This document shows, piece after piece, positions 1 to 12,025 of a DNA stretch of 64,000 nt. Both the position numbers and the translations under genes were made by a program. The stretch is from Octopus sinensis (taxonomy: Eukaryota), in NCBI RefSeq assembly GCF_006345805.1, contig NC_043005.1, positions 103,788,001 through 103,852,000 on the forward strand. Reading direction: 5' to 3'. Below the pieces are notes generated by a model that saw only the letters and a program-made list of their open reading frames with translations, was not told the origin of the DNA and did no database searches. Position 1 is the first letter of the stretch. The number at the start of each line of letters is the position of its first letter.

Positions 1-150
1 GTCTCAGGTCTTCTATACTTAATTTAAGTACCCGTTGGATTGCACTGTCTATTAGGGGCTGTGGATAGTTTCTATTTGTGAGTGTGGTTCTAAGTTCCTG
101 GAGACGTGTGTGTCGGGTGTTTGTGTCTGATATTATGGTGCAATCCTTCT
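1..150 (-). mobile_element. Penelope-like element RT C-terminal fragment
   Basis: Minus-strand translation ..CTIISDTNTRHTRLQELRTTLTNRNYPQPLIDSAIQRVLKLSIEDLR resembles the PLE post-RT region (RICS...RL.EL...L..R.YP...I); it runs off the window edge. Confidence 0.6.
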
Positions 151-693
151 ATATATATATATAAATTTAAAATAAAAATGATGAAAAAATGAACATCAAT
201 TTGATTAATATCAATTTAAAAACAAGTGGTCTAGCATATTGAAAAATCTGAAGATTCAGAAAAATTACATTGCATACATATAAGAGGGATGACCACTAAG
301 TGGACATCTATTATGTTAGAAGTAGATTCCCTATGGTCTTACCACTAAGAAAGGATTGTTCTCAAAAAATTTAGCTAACGTCAGAATGTAAGTGAGCAAG
401 ACAAATGAAAATATACAAAATATACAGATTAATCACAAACCCGGTTTCTTTGTTACCACTTACGTAATTACTTACGTAGAATGTCCGCAACTCATCAGTG
501 TGATCGTCATAGAAAAATATAATTCGCAGAACTATACACGAGACGTCCGCATGAGATTGAACACATGTACACAGTTCTACCCAATTACATTTGGGGTTAT
601 CTTTCAAAAGTCTTCGTTTTGGCGCGCCAAAATACCGGAAATAATTCTGCAGAAAATAATTCTAGCATAGTAGTGGTCATCCTTCTTATATGT

Positions 694-1790
694 GATGTTG
701 TTACTCTTAACTAGTTTTCCTTTTTTCAAGGTTGCTTTGGCATATTTTTCTAAGCCAAATTTCATGTTTATTTCTTTTGTAAATCCATGTACTGTCTGTA
801 GTAATGTTTCTAGTTGTTTACCATTTGTAGCATACAGTTTTAGATCTTCCATATACAAGAGATGGTTGATTGTTTTGCCGTAACAGTTGCATCCACATCT
901 ATTTATGTTTAGCATGTCAGATAAAGGTGTCAGTGTAAAACAGAGAAGGAATGGAAAGAGTGTGTCTCCCTGGAATATTCTTCTTCTGATGGGGATGGCT
1001 TTGGTTTTTATGAGTACCTCTTTTGTCTGGAGCTGTAGCACTGTCTGTCATTTATTTATGTCATGTTTTATATATTTTATGATTATTGGTGCTGCCTTGT
1101 TCATGGCTAGTGTTTCTAGGATCTATGTGTGGGGAATACCCTCAAAAGCCGTTTGATAATCGATCTGTGGAGGTGCAATGGCCCAGTGGTTAGGGCAGCG
1201 GACTCGCGGTCGTAGGATCGCGGTTTCGATTCCCAGACCGGGTGTTGTGAGTGTTTATTGAGCGAAAACACCTAAAAGTTCCATGAGGCTCCGGCAGGGA
1301 TGGTGGTGATCCCTGCTGTACTCTTTCACCACAACTTTCTCTCACTCTTACTTCCTGTTTCTGTTGTACCTGTATTTCAAAGGGCCGGCCTTGTCACTCT
1401 CTGTGTCACGCTGAATATCCCTGAGAACTACGTTAAGGGTACACGTGTCTGTGGAGTGCTCAGCCACTTGCACGTTAATTTCACGAGCAGGCTGTTCCGT
1501 TGATCGGATCAACCGGAACCCTCGTCGTTGTAACCGACGGAGTGCTTCCACCGATAATCGATCCAAGCAATACTTAAATCCTATTTTCTGTGGCTGTCTT
1601 TAGTTACGGCTTTATTGATCAGTAGCTGATCTTTACACCCATATGAATCCTTGCAGCATCACTTCTGCTCTTCTTCCAGATGTTATTGCAGTAAAGACTT
1701 TGTAAATTGTAGGGAAACCAGTCATCGATCTATAATTTTGTGGGTTTGCCGTTTCAATAGATTTCGGAATTAGTATAATTTTCCCTTCTG
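694..1790 (-). mobile_element. R4/Dong-like non-LTR retrotransposon RT fragment, decayed, split by a SINE
   Basis: With SINE 1166-1552 removed it reads EGKIILIPKSIETANPQNYRSMTGFPTIYK..EEQK*CCKDSYGCKDQLLINKA..AWIDYQTAFEGIPH..IRRRIFQGDTLFP..INHLLYMEDLKLYA..MKFGLEKYAK. It has stops and deletions, and YMDD is changed to YMED. Confidence 0.9.
1166..1552 (+). mobile_element. tRNA-derived SINE, family A, with 11-bp TSD
   Basis: A-box TGGCCCAGTGG and B-box-like GGTTTCGATTCC; TSD GATAATCGATC at 1155-1165 and 1553-1563; homologous copies at 5713, 34841, 2376 and 38413. Confidence 0.92.
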
Positions 1791-2201
1791 TGCTTTTTCC
1801 ATTATTTCCGCTTCCACCTGTTCAACCTTTTTGTTCATCAGCGAGTGCACCCTACAGGTGATAGTCTTCCTCTCCATTTGCTCCACGATTCTTTTAGGCG
1901 GCAACAACTTCACGTTGCTACCCACCTTCTGCGTCATTTTCCCATATTCTTTTAGTCCAGCCAGGTCTACATCCTTTTTCTTCACCTCCACCACCTCAGA
2001 AAAACTTCTTGTTCTCTCCAATATTCTGTCCATTCTTCTCACCGCCTTCACCTGCTCCTCCTCCGCTGAAGACAATTCAGACCCGCTAACGTTTGAATAC
2101 ATTTTCTCTAAACCACTGCCAAGCAACACAAAAATCCTGTCCGACTCACAACTCCCCCCTCCCAGCAACTGAATCAACGCATGAGCAGTAACCAGAAGCA
2201 A
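1791..2201 (-). mobile_element. Possible LINE ORF1-like coding fragment
   Basis: Uninterrupted, non-repetitive, charged 143-codon frame (..SFSEVVEVKKK..RKTITCRVHSLMNKKVEQVEAEIMEK) abutting the RT fragment; no diagnostic motif recognised. Confidence 0.35.
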
Positions 2202-2375
2202 GCTTCTTTCGCCTATTGTGTGTGTACCGTTGGCGATTTTTTTTTCATCAGTCTTCCCTTCCTTGGATCTTTCCTTTTCCTATGTTTCTGACGAAGAGCT
2301 CTGCTCGAAACATTAAACCCTCCTTCTTTCCTTCTTTCCTGACCGTCCAATAATACTATACTTGTTCCACGTCCT
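2202..2375 (+). mobile_element. Hammerhead-bearing short cassette, family H-A
   Basis: Homologous to 29651-29850; pyrimidine-rich; contains the HHR motif at 2284-2318. Confidence 0.7.
2284..2318 (+). ncRNA. Minimal type-I hammerhead ribozyme motif (degenerate)
   Basis: GTTT-CTGACGA-A-GAGC(TCT)GCTC-GAAAC-ATT-AAAC: stem I GTTT/AAAC and stem II GAGC/GCTC; position 16.2 is A rather than G. Confidence 0.65.
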
Positions 2376-2622
2376 CAGGTCACAATGCGCTTCGCATTGT
2401 TTTAGCTTTCAAATGACGCCACCCCGCTGGCTAAGTGAGCAGCCCAACAGAAGAAAGAGTGAGAGAAAGTTGTAGCGAAAGAGTACAGCAGTGATCGCCA
2501 CCGCCACCTGCCGGAACCTCATGGAGCTTTTAGGTGTTTTCGCTCAATAAACACTCACAACGCTCGGTCTGGGAATCGAAACCACGATCCTACGACCGCG
2601 AGTCCGCTGCCCTAACCACTGG

Positions 2623-2625
<3 letters not shown>
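2376..2625 (-). mobile_element. tRNA-derived SINE, family A head with alternative tail
   Basis: Head matches 1166-1330 in reverse; tail shared with 62437-62620. Confidence 0.85.
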
Positions 2626-2683
<58 letters not shown>

Positions 2684-4569
2684 TATATATTATATCTATC
2701 TATCTATCTATCTATCTATCGAGATATATATATATACATATATATATATACATATATATATATGCATACATATATATATATGCATATATATACATATATA
2801 TATGCATATATATCCGTGTGCGTATACATACAAAAACACATTTACATAATTACAGGGAAACAAATTCATATACATGTACATGTGTATAAACATAAAACTG
2901 AAGATATACAAAAATGAACACTTATAACACAAACCCATATATATATATGCATATATACACACACAAATACCAAAATACACTAATTAAGCTAAAATCAAAA
3001 TTGAGCATCAATTGCTATTAGATAATAATTAAAAAGCTTGGAAAGAAAGAAAATATTAAAAAACTATTAAGAGAAGAAAATTAAATTGAAGAAAAAATCA
3101 AAATAAATTTTCAAAATATCAAATGCAAAATCAATGATAAAGGAAAATAATGATTAAATAAATGAAAATAAAGTAGAACATATGATATGCAATTTATTCT
3201 ATGTCAACAGATTTAATCGTATTTTATGCATTTTATTTCAGTCATTATTACTTTTATTTATATTTTGGGATTTTCCATTATAGTTTAATCCTTTGCTTGT
3301 TTTGTATCAATTAGTCTTTTTTTCTTTTTTATGATTTAAAGCCTTTTGGTCTTCAGTGAATAACAACTTCATTCTGTTTGTTTATCAATTAGGCAAGCAT
3401 TACTTTCATTATATCTAGCTTTTGTTTCTTTTGTTTCTCTTCGGCAAGATAGGATAAGTTCCTTTAAAACTTCAGTGAAAATAATATACAACAATAACAT
3501 ATAATCTGAGTTCATGTAAGACAGCTATATACTGCGTTGTTATGCTTACAGTTACCCTTTGGTGGATAATTTTCGGTTACTCTACAATTACATCCAAACA
3601 TTATATCCTTAGCATCTGTGTCTTCATTGTTAAGATATTATATAGCTCTCCTATGTGTAAATGCTTAGAATCAGCATTGGAAATTTTTGCAATGCTCCAC
3701 CATTCCGATCATTTTGAAACTAATGGCAACACTGGCTTGACAAAGCAATACGATTGTAAAAAATATATGATGAATAAAAATACATACTTACACACACACA
3801 CACAGAAAGATAGACATATACATATGTACATACACACACAAGCACACACATACAGACGATGATCGAAAACAAAAAAGTAAAACAAGGAAAGCAAGGAAAC
3901 AAATGAGATTGTAAAATATAGAAAAGATTAGTAGATCTAGACAAGGAGAGTGAGAGAGAGAGAGAGGGAGAGAGAGAAGAAGAGAAAGAAAGAGAGTGAG
4001 AGAGCATGTGTATGCATATGGATATGCGTGGGTGGTGTGTGTTGGAGTATTATATGTTTGCATTCTGCAGCCAGTGTGGACAACTTCTGACATCTGTGTA
4101 GAAAAACTGATATTGAGGTGGTGGATATAGGTGGGTGGATGGAGGAAGTTTTTGTTGCTGCTGCTGCTACTGATGGTGGTGGTGGTGGTGGTTGTGGTGG
4201 TTGTGGGGTGGTGGTGGTAGAAGCACTTGAACAGAACCGGTGTGGTCACTGATTATGAGTATTTTTGGTGGGAGTAGGAGAAAAGTGTGACACATTGTGG
4301 GAGGTCGAGCGTAGGTGTTGACGATAGTGATGGTGGTGGAGGTGATGATGGAGATGATGATGAGGATGATGGTGATGATGATGATCACAGTGATGATAAT
4401 GATTGTCCTCATGAAAAAGATAGTAGTGTAGCATAGAGGGAGAGGGAGATGGAACGTGAGAGAGAGAGAGGGGGGGAGAAAGAGAGCGCGAAAGAAAGGA
4501 GAGTGTAAAGTCACAGAAAGTTTAGTAATGTTATGAAAAAGTAGTCAAGTGAGGGGTTGGTAGGTAAAT

Positions 4570-4727
4570 AACCAACAGCAAAGAATAATAATAATAATAA
4601 CAATAATAATAATAATAATAACAATAATAATAATAATAATAACAATAATAATAATAATAGAAATAGTAATAATAATAATAATAAAATACTAATAATAATA
4701 ATAATAATAAATAATAATAATAATATG

Positions 4728-4764
<37 letters not shown>

Positions 4765-4790
4765 TGATGATGATGATAATAATAACAATG

Positions 4791-4857
<67 letters not shown>

Positions 4858-4878
4858 TAATAATAATAATAGTAATAG

Positions 4879-4936
<58 letters not shown>

Positions 4937-5143
4937 GAAATAATAATAATATAAAATAATAATAATAAATAATAATAATAATAATAATAATGATGATGAT
5001 TATGATGATGGCTATAATAATAATAATAATAATAATGATAATAATAATATGATAATGATAATAATAATAATGATAATAATAACAATAATAATAATATAAT
5101 AATAAATAATAATAATAATAATAATAATAAATAATAATAATAA

Positions 5144-5174
<31 letters not shown>

Positions 5175-5210
5175 GAGAAGAACAGCAACAACAACAATAA
5201 TGATGATTAT
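4570..5210. repeat. (AAT)n/(GAT)n/(GAA)n compound microsatellite
   Basis: Directly visible trinucleotide tracts. Confidence 0.97.
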
Positions 5211-5712
5211 AATTCAAAACGAAAAATTGAACAAAAGAAACAAACCGAAACAAAAAAAACAATTACCAGTCGATAGCTTCTTAATGGGTGATTTGGTAAT
5301 TTGGTTGTGGGAGTAACTCTCTCTCTCTCTCTCTCTTTGTCGCTCTCTGGATATATACATAGATAGGGGTGGTGTATACGTCCGTGTGTGTGTGTGACAG
5401 AGAGAGTGTGAGAGCAAAAATATAGAAATATGTAGAAGCCTACATAAGTGTATGCATATGTACATGTGTGTGTGTACACGCAGTCAGTCTTATATATGTG
5501 GTGCTGGCGTTATCATTTGTAGCCAGCATCAATTTGTCTCAAGACATCATAATACGAAGAACTGATACGGCTGTGTGTAACAAAACTATTGTGTACACAC
5601 AGACACACAAGCACACTCAGACTTACTACATACATACATACATACATACACAGATACGCAGACATACGCACACACTGATCCATGCACATATACACACACG
5701 TAAACCAGCACG

Positions 5713-6080
5713 GGAGGCGCAATGGCCCAGTGGTTAGGGCAGCGGACTCGCGGTCGTAGGATCGCGGTTTCCATTCCCAAACCGGGCGTTGTGAGTGTTT
5801 ATTGAACGAAAACACCTAAAGCTCCACGAGGGTCCGGCAGGGATGGTGGTGATCCCTGCTATACTCTTTCACCACAACTTTCTCTCACTCTTACTTCCTG
5901 TTTCTGTTGTACCCGCATTTCAAAGGGCCGGCCTTGTCACTCTCTGTGTCACGCTGAATATCCCCGAGAACTACGTTAAGGGTACACGTGTCTGTGGAGT
6001 GCTCAGCCACTTACACGTTAATTTCACGGTTGATCGTATCAGCTGGGACCCTCGTCGTCGTAACCGACGGAGTGCTTCCA
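5713..6080 (+). mobile_element. tRNA-derived SINE, family A
   Basis: Near-identical to 1166-1552; imperfect TSD AAACCAGYAC at 5702 and 6085. Confidence 0.9.
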
Positions 6081-6099
6081 TTCCAAACCAGTACATTTC

Positions 6100-7045
6100 A
6101 GGAATTATTGCGTGTTTTGATAAACCAACTCTAGTGTAGCAAAATAAGGGTATTTTAATAAAAAAAGATTTGTACTCATATTCTCGATAAGCTTTCTTAT
6201 ATGATTACTTCATGAATCTTCCTTCGGCTTTGACGACTGCTTCCACACGGGACCGGAATCATTGACATTCATCCACTAAACGTTTCTTATTGTGTTCAGA
6301 CATCACCTGGCCAATCACAGCCTATAGTGAAGGTACGGTACAGTGAGGATGCTGTTTTCTTTCTCTTTCAATGACGCTCCAAATGTAGTCGTTCTTGGGG
6401 GTTTAATCTTGCGAGTTTGAAGGCCACAAGTCTGTCGTCCCAAGATCGTAATGATTGTCTAACATCTTGGTAACGTGAACTTTGTGAGAAGGTACTGAAT
6501 ATTGTTGAACCACGTGTGGCCTTCTACTACATACTTCTTCCAGAGCTTAACAGCTGCCCCCAGGTCCTCAACATGTCTAACAGCATTAAATCTAAGACTC
6601 CCTGGATAGCATAGCATGACCTTTGTTACCACTCCTAAAACCATCTCAGCTGCTGGAAACTTAGTGTGCATCAATCCGGGAACATCAGAAGGCCCTGACA
6701 ATAACCATTGGACATTTCTCCTGTTTTGGGTTTGGCTGAACATTTTCTCATCAGAAGAGAACCAATGCATGCCGTATTCATGAAAGGTTTTGACCTCATT
6801 AAGTGACCGCTTGGCCACTAGCGTAGCTAGAGGTGTGCCGCCTGGAGCAGCACTTCGGTTTGTCGCCCCCGGTCACGACAGAAAACATATATTGCCTACA
6901 ACAGACCTAAAAGTGCTACCCAGGGTGGACTGCCCCTACTGCCCCGCCCCACTAGCTACGCTAGTTCGCTTGGCACAGGTAAAATGGTTTTCCTCTGTCC
7001 TTGCAGACATGCATTGACCTCTCTTCAGCATGGACGACTTGTATA
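6100..7045 (-). mobile_element. maT (DD37D-type) Tc1/mariner transposase remnant
   Basis: Reads KSSMLKRGQCMSARTEEN..FSSDEKMF..NRRNVQWL..PSDVPGLMHTKFPAAEMVLGVV..WPSNSQD*TPKNDYIWSVIER; frameshifts and stops; interrupted by MITE 6816-6966. Confidence 0.8.
6816..6966. mobile_element. hAT-type MITE, 151 bp
   Basis: TIRs CACTAGCGTAGCTAG / CTAGCTACGCTAGTT (1 terminal mismatch); 8-bp TSD CGCTTGGC at 6808-6815 and 6967-6974. Confidence 0.85.
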
Positions 7046-7440
7046 CTCTTTACTCTTTTACTTGTTTCAGTCATTTGACTGTAGCCATGCTGGAGCACAG
7101 CCTTTAGTCGAGTAAATCGACCCCAGGACTTATTCTTTGTAAGCCTAGTACTTAGTCTATCTGTCTCTTTTGTTGAACCGCTAAGTTACGGGACTTAAAC
7201 ACACCACCATCGGTTGTCAAGCAATGGTGGGGCGGGGTACAAACACAGACACACAAACATATACACACATACATATATATACATATATACTACGGGCTTC
7301 TTCCAGTTTCCGTCTACCAAATCCATCCACTCACAAGGCTTTGGTTGGCCCGAGGCTATAGTAGAAGACACCTGCCCAAGTGCCCTGCAGTGGGACTGAA
7401 CCCGGAACCATGTGGTTGGTAAGCAAGCTACTTACCACAC
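7046..7440 (-). mobile_element. CORE-type tRNA SINE, family B
   Basis: tRNA-like head, MIR-core-like (A)CCTTGGGCA(A/G)GT region, internal TA/TG microsatellite, tail ending GAAACAAGTAAAAGAG; more than 10 copies in the window. Confidence 0.9.
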
Positions 7441-8249
7441 GTGCGCGCACACACACTTATACATATACACATGTACATGAATACATTCATACATACAAAC
7501 GTTTGTGTGCGTGGGTGTACGCGCGTTTGTAAGACTATCGATCTACCCGAATATCCACATATATATATATATATATTTATCTTCTCTTTTTTAGTTACTT
7601 TCTTACGTTACTCTTTTTGCCGTGTTTGCTCCCTTCCACCCCCTCTCTCTCTCTCTCTCTCTTTCTCTCCTCTCTCTCACGTGCACTAGCATAAACATAC
7701 CCGCATTAACTTATGCATTGTACATACTCATAATGATACATATATGCTTCTTTATCAGCCACACAGGGCTGAGCAGAGAGGGGACAAATTACAAAGTAGA
7801 GCTTTTCTTTTTGGGGAGAAAAAATAAATAAAATTTTTTAATTAAAAAAAAATAAAATAAAAGAGGGGTAGGTTTTCGATCAAAAGGGATCGTAAAAAAA
7901 AAAAAAAACGATCAATAGGGATCGTGTATCACAGAAATGTCATGATGTAAAGTGTAAAGGGGGAAACATAAGGTTTATCCGTAGAAAGAAAAGCCTACGG
8001 AAAAGACCACGGTAACCTCGGTCAATAATGTCACATGTTAACACATTTATTTGCAAGTAAGTAACTCTCTGTTTTAAATATTTCTGGGTTCATACGATTA
8101 TGCTCAAGGTGGGACGTAATAATATTAATCCATCGTAATGAGTTGAGTATTATAATAATAATGATTTTTTTAAAATGTCAAATGATTGATTTTTTTATTA
8201 TAAAACGGCCGTATCTTCGTCACTCTTGAAATATTTTTTTATTTTCTTT

Positions 8250-8403
8250 GTGGCTGTGTGGTAAGTAGCTTGTTTACCAACCACATGTTTCCGGGTTCAG
8301 TCCCACTGTGTGGCATCTTGGGCAAGTGTCTTCTACTATAACCTTGGGCCGACCAAAGCCTTGTGAGTGGATTTGGTAGACGGAAACTGAAAGAAGCCCG
8401 TCG

Positions 8404-8439
<36 letters not shown>

Positions 8440-8650
8440 CATGTATGTTTGTGTGTGTGTGTTTGTGCCCCTAGCATTGCTTGACAACCGATGCTGGTGT
8501 GTTTATGTCCCCGTCACTTAGCGGTTCAGCAAAAGAGACCGATAGAATAAGTACTGGGCTTACAAAAGAGTAAGTCCCGGGGTCGAGTTGCTCGATTAAA
8601 GGCGGTGCTCCAGCATGGCCGCAGTCAAATGACTGAAACAAGTAAAGGAG
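8250..8650 (+). mobile_element. CORE-type SINE, family B
   Basis: Homology to the other family B copies. Confidence 0.9.
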
Positions 8651-9093
8651 TTTCAGTATTTAAAAAAAAAAAGTGTAATTTCAAAAACTAAATGCACACG
8701 TACTGTAATCTATACACTTGCTAATATTACTTTGTGTATAATTGCCCCTGGTTCTTCTTTATCTTTGGAAAAGAGATGCAGAAAATGAATCGTTAAAACA
8801 ACAGAATTTTCCGTGGAAGTGGGTGATATGGAACTAAGGGAAGGCACTCTTCTTTGTTCCCATATCATGTTACTGTAAATGTTTGTTTTGGTTTATATTA
8901 GCATGAATATATCATGCTGAGACTACGTCTCAAGATTATGTGGAAGCAAAAGAAATGTGTTTTTTTTTTTATTTTACATGATGTGTTTTTGAAAAGTTGA
9001 GCAACGAAAGAGTTTACACGCAATACAAAGGCTTCTTTCCATGAGATTCCGCGTCAATTTGTTTTTGCAAAATATTATAACATCTATTTAAAA

Positions 9094-9174
9094 ATATTGT
9101 TGTATTTAGGAATGGTCATTTTGCCAATTTAGCCAATAATTTAGCAAAATGACCATTCCTAAATACAACAATAT
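9094..9174. repeat. Perfect 31-bp inverted repeat with 19-nt loop
   Basis: ATATTGTTGTATTTAGGAATGGTCATTTTGC at 9094-9124 and its exact reverse complement at 9144-9174. Confidence 0.92.
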
Positions 9175-9257
9175 CTGTTTCAACACACGATTTCACATAA
9201 AAAATCTTTGCTAAACAAATATATAAACGTAATCTATTTAAAAACTTTTAAGAAAAT

Positions 9258-9328
<71 letters not shown>

Positions 9329-9958
9329 CACACACACACACACACACACACCACACTGAAATGTCTTTTCTACAATGTGCATAAACATAGAATGACCACG
9401 TGAGGGCGTCTTTTTAGTTTCACTTTTCTCATTTGCGATATTTTAGCCAAACGGAAATTTCTATCAATCATTGGCTAATTTTCTGTAAACCATTTTTGAC
9501 TATTCAAGGGGACACACAACTTCTCACACCCTTTCTTCTTTCTTCATAACAGTTAACTCCTACCACGACCTCGTTTAGATTCAATAAATCTTTATACTTT
9601 AAACTCACGTACGATTCTGTGTATCTGTATGAAGAGGGTTTCTGATATTGTAAATATTTCAAAAGGAATAGATCATGGAGATAGTCTTTTTGTAAAATTG
9701 CTAATTTTGGCATTAATTCTGTTAACCTTTCTTTAAACAAAGATTCAATGGCTACATATCAGAAGATTGTGCAACCACTTAGAGTTACCAATGAATCCAA
9801 TAAGTTCCATAAGTCTTTGTTGAAAATGTTGACAGTGCCAAAATATCAACTGGAGCTATAAGAACATTTTCAGCTTATATAGGCAAGGAAGTTAGCCAAA
9901 GAAGTTCCGTATTTGATTATTCAATGAGTAAAATCTGTTTCTCAAATCCAAAGCCTCT

Positions 9959-10166
9959 GCGAGCTGGCAGAATCGTTAGCACGCCGGGCGAAATGCTTAG
10001 CGGTATTTCGTCTGCCGCTACGTTCTGAGTTCAAATTCTGCCTAGGTCGACTTTACCTTTCATCCTTTCGGGCTCGATCAAATAAGTACCAGTCACGCAC
10101 TGGGGGTCCGTGTGTCTGTCCTTGTTTGTCCTCTCTCTGTTTAGCCCCTTGTGGGTAGTAAAGAAA
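9959..10166 (+). mobile_element. tRNA SINE with Meta-like domain, family M
   Basis: Head GAGCTGGCAGAATCG..GAGTTCAAATTC; centre GGTCGACTTT(A/G)CCTTTCATCCTTTCGGG..AAATAAGTACCAG resembles the MetaSINE domain. Confidence 0.85.
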
Positions 10167-10454
10167 TGTGTTTCTTTATCTCTCCTGATCCACACAAAGA
10201 ATACTATAATTATTTAGGTGTTGATTAGAATATATCATCCGAAGGTCCTATGTGCAAAGGTAGAGTGCTCAAGAATATTGTACCACACTTAGAAAAATAC
10301 GGCAGTCGAAGGTCTCCTCTTACATAAAAGAAATCTACAATACATTCGCTACCAATGCTGATACCAACGTTTGAGATACTAGACTGGTCTGTAGAGGTAA
10401 TTCAATCCATAGTCTTTAAAACCCGCATGTTCCTGACTTCAACTGGAAACTACT

Positions 10455-10819
10455 GTGGCTGTGTGGTAAATAGCTTGCTTACGAACCACATGGTACCGGG
10501 TTCAGTCCCACTGCGTGGCACCTTGGGCAAGTGTCTTCTACTATATCCTCGAGCCGACCAAAGCCTTGTGAGTGGATCTGGTAGATGGAAACTGAAAGAG
10601 GCCCGTCGTATATATGTATATATATATATACGACGGGCAGTCGCCATGATAGATCGGTAGCCACTACACACATTTTTTCTCTCTCCATGTTTCTTTCCTT
10701 GTTTTTTTCTGTGTCCCTTTCTGTAGAAGAGCGTAGGCTCGAAACGTAAAAGACTTTTTCTATCCCTGTTTGTTTTGTACACCACCTGTCTTCGTCTTTT
10801 GGTTTTTTTCGTGAACTCT

Positions 10820-10888
<69 letters not shown>

Positions 10889-11160
10889 ATATACGTATGC
10901 ATGTATGTATGTATGTATGTATGTATGTATGTATGTAGTATGTGTGTGTGTGTGCGTGTATGTTTGTGTGTCTGTGCTTGTCTCCCCAACATCGCTTGAC
11001 AACTGATGCTGGTTTGTTTACGTCTCCTTAACTTAGCGTTTCGGCAAAAGAGACCGATAGATTAAGTACTAGGCTTACAAAGAATATGTCCTGAGGTCGA
11101 TTTGCTCGACTAAAGGCGGTGCTCCAGCATGGCCACAGTCAAATTACTGAAACAAGTAAA
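10455..11160 (+). mobile_element. CORE-type SINE, family B, carrying an HHR cassette
   Basis: Family B homology on both sides of the insert at 10631-10822. Confidence 0.9.
10631..10822 (+). mobile_element. Hammerhead-bearing cassette, family H-B (HHR motif 10717-10752)
   Basis: CTTT-CTGTAGA-A-GAGC(GTAG)GCTC-GAAAC-GTA-AAAG; homologous to 22574, 54305 and 54903. Confidence 0.75.
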
Positions 11161-11620
11161 AAAAATATTCTAGCTAATTGGAGATGAAGGAGGCAGAGGC
11201 TTGAAATTAGTACGGACAGCCTTCGGATGTCGTTTGTATTTCACTGTCAGCACCAGCTAAACAACAACAACAACAAAATAAATTCATAAACTTTGTGTTA
11301 CAAAACGAAGAGGACAACAGCCAACATGTCAGCAGTGAGCTCCCTAGGAAATACTTTCTTCCGGGTGACCTCACATACATCTTGTAAAACATCTGGACTA
11401 ACAAATTTCAGAAATGAACTGGACATAAAACACGTACATACCAATTAAAGAAATTTTTCTAAAGACTATGCATGGGTACATTTCCCGAGGTTTTCATGAT
11501 GACACTAACCTGGATACGAAATGCAGCCTTTCTTGGACTTGCGACCGCTACATCACATCACACTGCAGGCTCTGTGTTTGCAATCCAAGAGCAGGAGATT
11601 GCTACAAAATATCTGATAAC

Positions 11621-12025
11621 CTGTTTCTTTACTACCCACAAGGGGCTAAACACAGAGAAGACAAACAAGGACAAACAAACGGATTAAGTCGATTATATCG
11701 ACCCCAGTGCGTAACTGGTACTTATTTAATCAACCCCGAAAGGATGAAAGGCAAAGTCGACCTAGGCGGAATTTGAACTCAGAACGTAGCGGCAGACGAA
11801 ATACCTGTTTCTTTACTACCCACAAGGGGCTAAACGCAGAGAAGACAAACAAGGACAGACAAACGGATTAAGTCGATTATATCGACCCCAGTGCGTAACT
11901 GGTACTTATTTAATCAACCCCGAAAGGATGAAAGGCAAAGTCGACCTAGGCGGAATTTTAACTCAGAACGTAGCGGCAGACGAAATACTGCTAAGCATTT
12001 CGCCCGGCACGCTAACAATTCTGCC
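11621..12025 (-). mobile_element. Family M SINE with a 184-bp tandem duplication
   Basis: Units start at 11619 and 11803 and differ at about 3 positions. Confidence 0.9.

Noticed and set aside
1300-1566. Recurrent ORFs such as MVVIPAVLFHH.. and MSSNARG..
   Set aside because: They recur because they are translations of SINE families A and B.
4531-5262. Poly-Leu/Tyr/Ile ORFs, and similar ORFs at 18271-18614, 25903-26391, 38847-39278, 46642-47164 and 52663-53297
   Set aside because: Simple-repeat artefacts with no complex coding sequence.
9504-9740. 78-aa minus-strand ORF
   Set aside because: No motif, no splice support, AT-rich.
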